DNA of 64,000 bases from the NCBI GenBank assembly GCA_017303675.1, contig JAFLBX010000001.1:133970-197969 (forward strand). Direction: 5' to 3'. The notes under the pieces were generated by a model, which was not told the DNA's origin, made no database searches, and saw nothing but the letters and a program-made list of their open reading frames with translations. The translations under genes and the position numbers were made by a program. Every line of letters starts with the position of its first letter. Within the stretch, counting starts at the first letter, position 1. Positions 46,990-56,099 of this stretch are shown here, one piece after another. Source of the DNA: Ignavibacteria bacterium. Lineage in GTDB: Bacteria > Bacteroidota > Ignavibacteria > Tepidaquicellales > OLB5.

Positions 46990-49134
46990 TTATTTTATAA
47001 GAACCATCTTATTTGTAAACTTAAATTTACCTGATATAAGCCGGCAAAAATATACACCGCTCGCAAAACCTGTTCCGTCAAAATCTATACTATATATACC
47101 GGCTTTCAGATTACCCAACGGATATTGTCTGACTTCCCTTCCTGTAACATCGTAGATTTGAATATTCACGTCATCTGACTTAGAACTAAAAGGAATTGTA
47201 AATTTTATCTTAGTAACCGGATTGAATGGGTTTGGATAATTTTGGTATAATCTGAATTCATTAGGTAGAGTATTGCTAATCGGTTCAATACCGATTGGCT
47301 CACCGCCGCCATTTGTGGTTTTGATGATTGTTCCGTTTGAACCTACGGCATACCCGGTATTTTCATTTATGAAGTAAATACCATGCAGATCAGGAGATTT
47401 AGTTCTGATTCTGAACCAGTCATTTCCTCCATTTGTGGTTTTATAAGAAACCCCCTCTGCACCGGCGTAGCCAACATTTTCATTTACAAAATAAACACTG
47501 GAAAGCAGATAAGTACCCGGCAGGTATGTATAATCCCAGGTTATACCTCCATTGGTAGTTCTTACTATGAATCCTATATTATAGACTTTGTTGCCAACTG
47601 CAAAGCCCAGTTCAGTATTAACAAAATGAAGATCGGTAAAATAAAAAACCGAATCAAAATAATATGTAATCCAGTTTAAACCTCCATTAACAGTTTTCCT
47701 TATTACGCCCCTGTCTTCACGACCTGCGCAATATCCTGTATTATTATTCAGAAACTGAACATCTTCAAAATATAAGGTGAGTGGAAGTTTGTTAACTTGC
47801 CAGGTTAATCCGCCGTTAACAGTTTTTAAATTATGCCCGTTTTTGGATACTGCGTAACCTGTATCAATTGACGGGAATGATATTCCATGAACTGCCGACC
47901 CTAAGAGTGAATCAATAACAAAAACCTGCCAGTTAATGCCGCTATTAGTTGTTTTTGCTATATGCGACCAATTCGCGCCTGCAAACCCTGTATTTTCATT
48001 TATAAAATCAACACAGTTAATTCCATTATTATCAGCAGTAAATCCTATCCAGTTGTTTCCTGAATTAGTAGTTCTATAAATCTTTCCTCCGCTTGAAGCA
48101 ATAAAACCGGTACTCGGATTTACGAAAACGATATCATCAAGGTAATCGGTAAAACCGCTGCTAATTTCATTCCAGTTTGTACCTGCATTACTCGTTGTAG
48201 AAATTACACTAGTCCAAATTTGGGACCAATTTAAGATACTTTTGAAATATAAATTTTGAGTACCTGAAGTCACATATCCTGTTGAGATCCAGTTTGAACC
48301 TGCGTTACTTGTTCTATAAACATCACTGTTTGAGTAGCCGTTACCAAAAGAAAATCCTGTCAGGTTATCTAAAAACTGAAAATTATTTGGAGCAAAGTTA
48401 CCTACAGAGTCCCAGTTAATACCTCCATTTGTTGTTCGGTATAATTTACGCCCAAACCTTAACTGACTTATGAAGCCTGTTTGTTGATTTATAAAATGAA
48501 CGCCCACTAAACTGCCAGTAGCAGATGTCTGAACAAGTTCCCAATTGCTACCTGCATTTGTTGATCTGAATAATCTTGATCTGTCATTAATGTTCTCGCC
48601 TGCCGCATAAATATCATTAATTGAAGCTATTGAAATACTAAATATAATTATTGAATCCGGTACATCAAAACATAATGACCAATTACTCCCTGAATCAGAT
48701 GTTTTAAATATCCTTGTTTTAAATGATTCAAATTTCATCAATGCAAAACCATTTTGATTACCGCTAAATTTAATTGAAATTATCTTGTCGGGAAAACCGA
48801 GATAAGTACCATTAAAATTGTTACCACCATTGGTTGTTTTATAGATAATTCCATTATCGGTACCTATGAACCCTGTATTTTGATTCACAAAATGAAATGA
48901 TTCAAAATTTTCAGTTATATTATTTTCCATTAAGAAATAACTGATTCCATTGTTTGTAGATTTAATTAATGTTCCGTTTGCACCAATCAAATAACTTGTA
49001 TTATTTTCAGTAAATATTATACCTGAAAGATAATTCCCCTGCGGCAGCGGATTTTGCCAGAACCAGCCCTGCTGGGCATATATATTTAATGTGGAGATAG
49101 ATAAAAAGAGAAAGGTGTAAACTATTTTTTTCAT
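46990..49134 (-). CDS. T9SS-sorted BNR/Ycf48-like beta-propeller repeat protein
   Basis: About 714 aa from ATG 49134 (MKKIVYTF signal peptide). Repeats include KSTNNG, KTTNGGNN, RSTNAGSNW, RTTNGGINW and more. The CTD is NYPNPFNP...GVYFCRL...NKMVLIK. Confidence 0.8.
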   Translation of the reverse strand: MKKIVYTFLFLSISTLNIYAQQGWFWQNPLPQGNYLSGIIFTENNTSYLIGANGTLIKSTNNGISYFLMENNITENFESFHFVNQNTGFIGTDNGIIYKTTNGGNNFNGTYLGFPDKIISIKFSGNQNGFALMKFESFKTRIFKTSDSGSNWSLCFDVPDSIIIFSISIASINDIYAAGENINDRSRLFRSTNAGSNWELVQTSATGSLVGVHFINQQTGFISQLRFGRKLYRTTNGGINWDSVGNFAPNNFQFLDNLTGFSFGNGYSNSDVYRTSNAGSNWISTGYVTSGTQNLYFKSILNWSQIWTSVISTTSNAGTNWNEISSGFTDYLDDIVFVNPSTGFIASSGGKIYRTTNSGNNWIGFTADNNGINCVDFINENTGFAGANWSHIAKTTNSGINWQVFVIDSLLGSAVHGISFPSIDTGYAVSKNGHNLKTVNGGLTWQVNKLPLTLYFEDVQFLNNNTGYCAGREDRGVIRKTVNGGLNWITYYFDSVFYFTDLHFVNTELGFAVGNKVYNIGFIVRTTNGGITWDYTYLPGTYLLSSVYFVNENVGYAGAEGVSYKTTNGGNDWFRIRTKSPDLHGIYFINENTGYAVGSNGTIIKTTNGGGEPIGIEPISNTLPNEFRLYQNYPNPFNPVTKIKFTIPFSSKSDDVNIQIYDVTGREVRQYPLGNLKAGIYSIDFDGTGFASGVYFCRLISGKFKFTNKMVLIK

Positions 49135-49259
49135 AACAAGGTGAAATATATTACTAAAACTTAACAAAATAATGGTGTGTTTTCAATACCATAATCCAAA
49201 ATTATTATTTTCAGTAAATTATATGTTATAATTTCAAATATCTCATTATCTTGCTTTAA

Positions 49260-50066
49260 ATGCAGGAAACAATAGACAAAACCGGGCATATCTGCCAAAA
49301 CTGCGGAGCTGAATTATCTGGCAAATTTTGCTCTAATTGCGGCCAGGATAGTTCGCTGGCTTTTAATCGCTCAATTTTTTACATAATTATTCATTTTCTC
49401 GAAGAATTGTTTGTCTGGGATTCCAGGATATTCCGTTCGGTGAAATATTTATTCACGAAGCCCGGATTCTTAACCTATGAATATATCTCCGGAAAGATCA
49501 ATAGTTATATTTCTCCGCTTAAAATGTTTCTCTTTACCAGTTTAGTACTCTTCTTTATTATGATACAAAGTGATCCTGATCATTACAAATCAATGATATC
49601 TGAATCTGAAGAAGATGATTATTTTGTATCATTTGTAATTGAACAGCAGAAAAACAGCAGCAGTACTCCTGAAGTTTTTAAAGATAATTTTAACGATCAG
49701 TTCAACGATAATATTACTTTATATTTACTGTTAACAATGCTTATATTTTCACTTCTGCTTAAGCTGTTATATTTTACAAGAAAATATTATTACAGCGAGC
49801 ATTTAGTGTTTACCCTTCATTTTTTCACTTTTGTGCTATGGTGTCTGCTTGCAGGCGGATATTTAGAACGTTTTGTTGATGAACTGTTATTCTTTTTCCT
49901 ATATTTTGTTCCGGGTATATATTTATTCTTTTCGGTTAAACGGGTCTATCATAAATCCTTTTGGGGAGCTTTTCTTGTTGCAGGTTTCATGACCGTTTCA
50001 TACGGCATACTTATTTCTATATGGATCTTAGGTTCTGTAATGTTGAGCGCTTACCGCGCAGCATAA
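49260..50066 (+). CDS. DUF3667-like zinc-ribbon membrane protein
   Basis: N-terminal CQNCGAELSGKFCSNCGQ zinc ribbon followed by several TM helices. Confidence 0.6.
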   Translation: MQETIDKTGHICQNCGAELSGKFCSNCGQDSSLAFNRSIFYIIIHFLEELFVWDSRIFRSVKYLFTKPGFLTYEYISGKINSYISPLKMFLFTSLVLFFIMIQSDPDHYKSMISESEEDDYFVSFVIEQQKNSSSTPEVFKDNFNDQFNDNITLYLLLTMLIFSLLLKLLYFTRKYYYSEHLVFTLHFFTFVLWCLLAGGYLERFVDELLFFFLYFVPGIYLFFSVKRVYHKSFWGAFLVAGFMTVSYGILISIWILGSVMLSAYRAA

Positions 50067-50071
50067 AAAAA

Positions 50072-50092
50072 GCGGCTGAAATATTCAGCCGC
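50072..50092. terminator. intrinsic terminator between convergent genes (better U-tract on minus strand)
   Basis: GCGGCTGAA-ATA-TTCAGCCGC, with A7 on the plus-strand 5' side. Confidence 0.6.
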
Positions 50093-50118
50093 TTTATAAA
50101 AAATATTATAATTTAAGT

Positions 50119-51417
50119 TTATTTTAAAACTATCATTTTTTTGGTTTCTGTAAAATACCCTGCTGTCATTCTGTAATAATAAACCCCTGAACCAAGTCTG
50201 CCCGCATCAAATGTGATCTCATAATTGCCTGCCTGTTTGAATTCATTTACAGGAGTTGATAGTTCTCTGCCTAATAAATCAAATACCGATATTTTTACAG
50301 ATGAACTTTGCGGAACTGAAAATGAAATATTTGTTGATGGATTGAACGGGTTCGGATAGTTCTGCGAAAGCGAATATTCATTCGGAAAATTATTATTGGA
50401 ATTTATTCCGGTTAGAATATTCAGTGTATCTGCAAGTTTGATTATATTTCCGTTAGATGAAACCGCATAACCATATATTACCATTCCGGAGTGCATAAAA
50501 TCAAAATGTGTTAAATTTGTAACTCCGGGTGTTGGTGTTGTGACCCAGCTTATGCCGTTATCAGTGCTTCTTTTAATTCCGCCGTTTGAACCCAGTATAT
50601 ATACAACAGGAGTTGCGGGAACCCAGACAAAATAACATGTTCCGGTAACTCCGCTGCCAATGTTAACGTTCATCCATGTTACCCCGCCGTCAGTAGTTCT
50701 TGATATATTCGGCAAGGAGGTAGCTGTTGCAGCAACCCCGTATAACTTGTTGGAATGGAAAGCTATAGCAGATGTGTAATTTCCGGATACGCTTAACTGC
50801 TGCGTATTCCACGAGCTGGAGTTATTTGTAGTAAGCCTTACTCTAGCAGCACCGTTATTCAGTCCAAATCCGTAAAAATCATTATCAACAATCATTAAGG
50901 AGTTTTTCGCATTTGAAACACCCGTTACACCGGCGCTTAGCTCAACCCAGTTTGCACCTGAGTTTGATGTTCTGTAAACCTTCTCAGCAATAGCCAGTCC
51001 GAAAATATTTCCATTGAGTTTTGTAAAAGCAAGCCCGGTAAAATGTCCTCCGTTTCCTGATGTTGTCAGGATCGGCTGCCAGTTCACACCGGCATTCGTT
51101 GTTTTGTACAACGAAGCATTTCCGTTTACTTCACCTTCGCCAACAAATGCAAGATTATCATTTAAAGTATATACACAATAAAGATCGTTTGCTATACTTC
51201 CGGTTGATACTGTTAACCAGCTTACACCGCCATTAGTCGTTCTGAATACCTTAGGTGCGTTACTGGAGCCTCCGGCTATCCAGACTGAGTTTATTCCGGA
51301 TACGCATATACTCGGACTGCTACCTGGATTTGTAACAACACCAGCAGGCTGCCATGATTGTGAAATTAATGTAAAGGTAAATAAAAATTGTATCAAAATT
51401 ATTATAAATCTAGTCAT
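50119..51417 (-). CDS. T9SS-sorted BNR/Ycf48-like single-propeller protein
   Basis: 432 aa with a signal peptide. Repeats include RTTNGGVSW, KTTNAGVNW, RTSNSGANW, RTTDGGVTW and RSTDNGISW. The CTD ends KKMIVLK. Confidence 0.8.
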   Translation of the reverse strand: MTRFIIILIQFLFTFTLISQSWQPAGVVTNPGSSPSICVSGINSVWIAGGSSNAPKVFRTTNGGVSWLTVSTGSIANDLYCVYTLNDNLAFVGEGEVNGNASLYKTTNAGVNWQPILTTSGNGGHFTGLAFTKLNGNIFGLAIAEKVYRTSNSGANWVELSAGVTGVSNAKNSLMIVDNDFYGFGLNNGAARVRLTTNNSSSWNTQQLSVSGNYTSAIAFHSNKLYGVAATATSLPNISRTTDGGVTWMNVNIGSGVTGTCYFVWVPATPVVYILGSNGGIKRSTDNGISWVTTPTPGVTNLTHFDFMHSGMVIYGYAVSSNGNIIKLADTLNILTGINSNNNFPNEYSLSQNYPNPFNPSTNISFSVPQSSSVKISVFDLLGRELSTPVNEFKQAGNYEITFDAGRLGSGVYYYRMTAGYFTETKKMIVLK

Positions 51418-51588
51418 ATCGACCCCCTTTTAACTAAATTAGCTAACTTATATAATGATTTAAATAACGAAATCAGGGTATATAAATTTTTTGCTAATGT
51501 TAGGTAAAATTGCAACTTTTAAAGGTTTTTCAAAAGAAAAGCCACCTTATAATACAATAAAGTGGCTGGGATTAAGATATTTCTACAA

Positions 51589-52842
51589 TCATTTCAAAAG
51601 AATCATTTTTTTAGTTTGTGTGAAATCTTTTGTAATTATAGAATAAAAGTAAATCCCGCTGCTGAAATTTTCAGCATTCCAATATGCAGAATAACTTCCC
51701 AGGGAAAGTTCTTTTGATGTAAGTACTTCTGCCAGGCTTCCTTTCAGATCGTAAATTTTCAGCTCAACAAAGCTCTTTTCTGGAATACTGAAATTTATTA
51801 CAGTGTTTGGATTAAAAGGGTTAGGATAATTCTGCTCAAGTACATATCCGTTTGGTACCTCATTACTTATAAGTGAAACAGAAAGCGGAATATCTTCACA
51901 CATTACATAATATGGTTTTTTATTGTAGGTTGTATTCCAGATATTATAGATCTGAGTTAATGATTTCCACTGTACCCTTCCGCCTGCAGTTAAAGCATTT
52001 ACTGAATCAATGAACTGGGAAATTTTAATGACCCTTGATGCATTCAGGTCTCCGACATTAAAAATTGAAAATGCAGGATAAAACCCGGAATCAGAAAGCC
52101 TTCCGTTATCGATCTGGCGGACAATATTTCGTACAGTTTCTGTATTATAATAAATATTGGAAGTATCTTCTATATGATTTTCGCAGCCATGAGCAAGCAG
52201 AACAAGATGCCTGGTTGAATCATGTACATAGTATTCATTCATACTTTTGGGCTTCCAGGCTCCAAGCGGGTATGGATCGTTAACATGAAGCGGTGTACCC
52301 CCGCCCCATAAAATATCAGGCTGCCAGAAATAAAAAGGATACATCCTGCCGTATTGCCCGTCATCAAGATCTTCCCAGTTATTTCCATTTATCACTGTAT
52401 CATATAAAAAACCACCTACCACCTTTGTCGGCGTTATTCCAAGCTGCTGATGCAGGTAAGCAACATCAGCATAGTTGTAACCGTTAGCTTCGTGGGAATG
52501 CGGGTCGCAGAATACTCCTTTATCTTCAACCATCCATTTGATAAGATTTTTCCCGTTTGTATTTAAAACTACGGAACCGGTATCGAACATTGCTACGCCA
52601 AGCAGGAATTTCCAGTCAGACTGAAAGCTCCATGCAGCACCCTTGCTCTGCACAGTGTTTGCAAGCTGAACTAGCAGATCACGTTTTGGTTTATAATAGC
52701 TGTAAGTTGTCCAGTTAGTATTATCTTCATTATGTGAGACCAGTGTCATATACACAGGAGGATGTGTCTGAGACTTGATACCGTGAAAATGTGAGCCTGA
52801 AAACAGTATTATTGTAAAAACTGTAAAAAATAAAATTTTCAT
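51589..52842 (-). CDS. T9SS-sorted protein with unknown, possibly metal-dependent hydrolase-like N-terminal domain
   Basis: 417 aa with a signal peptide. It contains His/acid clusters (LVSHNED, CDPHSHE, LLAHGCENH). The CTD is NYPNPFNPNTVINFSIP...KKMILLK. Confidence 0.7.
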   Translation of the reverse strand: MKILFFTVFTIILFSGSHFHGIKSQTHPPVYMTLVSHNEDNTNWTTYSYYKPKRDLLVQLANTVQSKGAAWSFQSDWKFLLGVAMFDTGSVVLNTNGKNLIKWMVEDKGVFCDPHSHEANGYNYADVAYLHQQLGITPTKVVGGFLYDTVINGNNWEDLDDGQYGRMYPFYFWQPDILWGGGTPLHVNDPYPLGAWKPKSMNEYYVHDSTRHLVLLAHGCENHIEDTSNIYYNTETVRNIVRQIDNGRLSDSGFYPAFSIFNVGDLNASRVIKISQFIDSVNALTAGGRVQWKSLTQIYNIWNTTYNKKPYYVMCEDIPLSVSLISNEVPNGYVLEQNYPNPFNPNTVINFSIPEKSFVELKIYDLKGSLAEVLTSKELSLGSYSAYWNAENFSSGIYFYSIITKDFTQTKKMILLK

Positions 52843-52907
52843 GATCTGCCTCCATAATATTTAATTATGAATTTGACAACTGAAGGCAAAATTGGTTTAA
52901 TAAAAAA

Positions 52908-52926
52908 GGCGTTCATTTTGAACGCC
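52908..52926 (-). terminator. intrinsic terminator
   Basis: GGCGTTCA-TTT-TGAACGCC, with T6 on the minus strand, 30 nt after the stop of the gene at 52956. Confidence 0.65.
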
Positions 52927-52955
52927 TTATGCAAAAATTATTATTAGTGAAAATT

Positions 52956-54191
52956 TTACTTTACAAGTACCATTTTCTTTGTAGAGTTAAAATCACCTGC
53001 CTGGATAGAATAAAAATAAACACCGCTGGAAAATGCTGATGCATCCCAGTCAGCTTCATATGTTCCCGGCTGCATAGGTTTATTCAGAATTTCAGCAACT
53101 TCCCTTCCTGAAATATCATAAATTTTAAGTGATACACTTCCTGCAACAGGAATGCTGAATTTGAATTTGGTTACAGGGTTGAACGGATTGGGATAATTCT
53201 GCTCTAGTGAAAAAGCTTCAGGTATTTCATTGCTGAGCGGTTCAATAAAAGTAATACCGCCATTAGTTGTTTTGAGTATCTTACCTGACCAGTTGGAAAT
53301 ATATCCCGTAGTTGCAGATGTAAACCATACATCAGTCAGAATTTCATTTAACGGTGATGTTTGCGGGGTCCAGTTATCGCCTCCATCAGTAGTGCGAACA
53401 ATAGCTCCGTTATTACCGCAGGCATAGCCTGTCACAGCATCTATGAAATATACACCAAAAAGTGACTGGGTAGTGCCTGAGTTTACCAATGTCCAGTTTG
53501 CTCCGCTGTTAGTAGTTTTTACAATTCTTCCTGCATCAGAAACATACAGCCCCAGGTTCTCATTGAAGAAATAGATCTCCCTGAAATTTTCAAATCCGCT
53601 AATTGAAGGAGCGTTCATATTTACCCAGTTTGCTCCCTGGTTTGTTGTTTTCAGTGCAATTGAATACCCTGAAATAAATCCTGTATTTTCATTTATGAAA
53701 TGAATTGAATTAAGCGAAGTTTGTGTCGGCGATGCAAGTGTAAACCAGTTAATTCCTGCATTTGTGGTCTTCATTATCCTTCCTGTTGAGCCGGATGTAA
53801 AACCTGTTAAAGAGTTCACAAAATATAAGCCCCACAGCTGCAGTGTAGGTTCAGAATTCACCGTGATCCAGTTGTTCCCGCCATTGACTGTTTTAATAAT
53901 TAAGCCGTCATTGCCGCTCATATATACAGTATCAGGATGGCGCAGCCAAATTGCCATAAACCGCATTGAAGTGTATCCTGAACTTTGATCAATCCAGTTT
54001 TGTCCTGCATTTGTTGTTTTATGTATATTGAATGTTGATCCGTTATACAGCGGAGCTGTAGTATAACCGGTGTTCTGGTCATAAAACCTGACTGTTTGCA
54101 GAGATTGAGCCGGACTGAAAGTTGTTTGTATAAACCAGCCCTGCGAATATGAAATGAAGGGAATTAATAAAATTAATATTATTTTTTTCAT
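52956..54191 (-). CDS. T9SS-sorted BNR/Ycf48-like single-propeller protein
   Basis: 411 aa. Repeats include KTTNAGQNW, KTVNGGNNW, KTTNAGINW, KTTNQGANW, KTTNSGANW and RTTDGGDNW. The CTD ends KKMVLVK. Confidence 0.8.
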   Translation of the reverse strand: MKKIILILLIPFISYSQGWFIQTTFSPAQSLQTVRFYDQNTGYTTAPLYNGSTFNIHKTTNAGQNWIDQSSGYTSMRFMAIWLRHPDTVYMSGNDGLIIKTVNGGNNWITVNSEPTLQLWGLYFVNSLTGFTSGSTGRIMKTTNAGINWFTLASPTQTSLNSIHFINENTGFISGYSIALKTTNQGANWVNMNAPSISGFENFREIYFFNENLGLYVSDAGRIVKTTNSGANWTLVNSGTTQSLFGVYFIDAVTGYACGNNGAIVRTTDGGDNWTPQTSPLNEILTDVWFTSATTGYISNWSGKILKTTNGGITFIEPLSNEIPEAFSLEQNYPNPFNPVTKFKFSIPVAGSVSLKIYDISGREVAEILNKPMQPGTYEADWDASAFSSGVYFYSIQAGDFNSTKKMVLVK

Positions 54192-54243
54192 GTGATTTAT
54201 TTATTTAATCCCGCGCTGCGGGACAGCCATAAAGTGACTGCCG

Positions 54244-55977
54244 TCACTTTATCAGCAGCATCTTTTTGGTTTCTTTATAACTGCCTGAAGTTAAAGTGTA
54301 AAAATATACTCCGCTTGAAAATGCAGAAGCATCCCAACGGGCTTCATAGTAACCGGGCTGTATTTCTTTATCAATAAGTGTTTCTACTTTTTTTCCTGAA
54401 ATATCATAAATGGTTAAGCTTACATTTCCAGGTTCTGCTATCTGAAATCCGAAGTTAGTTACAGGGTTAAATGGGTTAGGATAATTCTGGCTAAGTGAAA
54501 ATTCTGAGGGTACCCCATTTCCTGTTTGCTGAACACTCATCCATGGAATAACAGTAATGTAACATGTCCTCACCAGAGTATCTGTCCCAAATGAATTTGA
54601 AGCGATTAACGTAACCGGATAAGTGCCTTGCAGTGTATAGCGAACATTGGCAGGATTCTGGCTTGTGGAAACAGGAGTATTAGAACCGGGCATAAGCCAT
54701 AACCAGCTGGTTGGATTAAACGAGGATTGATCGAAAAACGATACGGTATCAATGGTGAGAAAATAATTCTTATCGGCTTTAAAATCCGCAACAGGTTTTA
54801 TGCTGTAATTTGTTTTATAGGCTTTAATTTCCGCACCGCTGCCGGCAGCGATAAATATTCCGTTTTGTCCCAGATTAGAGCCGCTGTAATAATTGTAAGG
54901 CACATTAAGTGTCCATTTAACGGTTTGGAGGTTCGGTGTGAATGCAACATATCTGCCGTTGCCTGTTTCACCGGTGCATACAATAATTGTTGAATCAGCA
55001 CCGCAGGACATATATGCAAGCGGGGTACGCACCTGAGCGGAATCAAGTATGTTCCCGTTAGCAGGATCAAGCCTGTAAATATTGCTGTTTGCAAACTGAG
55101 AAGGATCGTTAATACTTGATGCATATATTGAGCCATCTTTGCCAACACCTTTTACAACATATCCGGGAGTACGGCTCCAAAGCTGAACGAATGAAGTACC
55201 ATTATCCTGAAAAGCATATAATGCTCCTCCGTCACGGCAAATATAAATTGTGCCGTTTGGTCCAATACATAGATCATTTTCCTGGTCACCATCACCCGGC
55301 AGATCTGCGCTAGTATAACGTGTACTGCCTGTGTTCACATCAATAGCTATTAGCTTCTTAGGTGTGACAATTGAACCGGTCCAGTGATAATAAGTATTTC
55401 CGTAAATACAGTAACCGCCGTCAGGTGATACGGGGATGATGTAATTATTCGACCATTTTACCGTACCTGTATTTTTATTAATCCTTCTTCCCTTATCTAT
55501 CGGGTCACCGTCACATGCAAAAAGCAGGCCAGTATTACCCGGGAACATATCGGACGTTATTGACCATTTTACTGATCCATCTGAAATATTGAGCGCATAA
55601 AGGATCCCTGTATTATAATCATGGGCATAAACTGCATCTTCGGTGAATCCAACCGCATACATACGCGAAGATGAATTTATCATCTTTTCCCATATCAATG
55701 CTCCTGAATTGATATTCCTTAATTCAATTTTACCTGTATAGGGTGAAAGCACTATTCGTGATGTAACGAACTTATCACCGTAAGTATAAATTGAATTTCC
55801 CCATGCGGTTGAATTGATGCTGTTAACAGTCCATAGCGGACTTGTTACACCTGAGGGTCCGGTAATTTCGCTCAAACCGTTTCGCTGTAAATTGCCGCCG
55901 GTTGTGCTCCAGTTTTGTGAAAATAATGCAGAGGTAAGGAAAAATAATGCTGAAAAAACTATTATCAGAGTTTTCAT
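54244..55977 (-). CDS. T9SS-sorted PQQ/BamB-like beta-propeller plus PKD domain protein
   Basis: 577 aa. G-x-(V/L)-(K/I)-W repeats (GALIWE, GSVKWS, GTVKWS, QTVKWT). A PKD-like segment FFDQSSFNPTSWLWLMPG...GTYPVTLIASNSFGTD. The CTD ends KKMLLIK. Confidence 0.75.
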   Translation of the reverse strand: MKTLIIVFSALFFLTSALFSQNWSTTGGNLQRNGLSEITGPSGVTSPLWTVNSINSTAWGNSIYTYGDKFVTSRIVLSPYTGKIELRNINSGALIWEKMINSSSRMYAVGFTEDAVYAHDYNTGILYALNISDGSVKWSITSDMFPGNTGLLFACDGDPIDKGRRINKNTGTVKWSNNYIIPVSPDGGYCIYGNTYYHWTGSIVTPKKLIAIDVNTGSTRYTSADLPGDGDQENDLCIGPNGTIYICRDGGALYAFQDNGTSFVQLWSRTPGYVVKGVGKDGSIYASSINDPSQFANSNIYRLDPANGNILDSAQVRTPLAYMSCGADSTIIVCTGETGNGRYVAFTPNLQTVKWTLNVPYNYYSGSNLGQNGIFIAAGSGAEIKAYKTNYSIKPVADFKADKNYFLTIDTVSFFDQSSFNPTSWLWLMPGSNTPVSTSQNPANVRYTLQGTYPVTLIASNSFGTDTLVRTCYITVIPWMSVQQTGNGVPSEFSLSQNYPNPFNPVTNFGFQIAEPGNVSLTIYDISGKKVETLIDKEIQPGYYEARWDASAFSSGVYFYTLTSGSYKETKKMLLIK

Positions 55978-56050
55978 GTTAAAGAAGTTTAGATATTCAA
56001 TAATATCAATGTTTTTGGAATATTTCTATAATAATATTAGTATATAAAAA

Positions 56051-56070
56051 AGCCTGTATAAATACAGGCT
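56051..56070 (-). terminator. intrinsic terminator
   Basis: AGCCTGTA-TAAA-TACAGGCT followed by a minus-strand T-run. Confidence 0.6.
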
Positions 56071-56099
56071 TTAAAAAGATTATCCAAATTTACAGTAAT

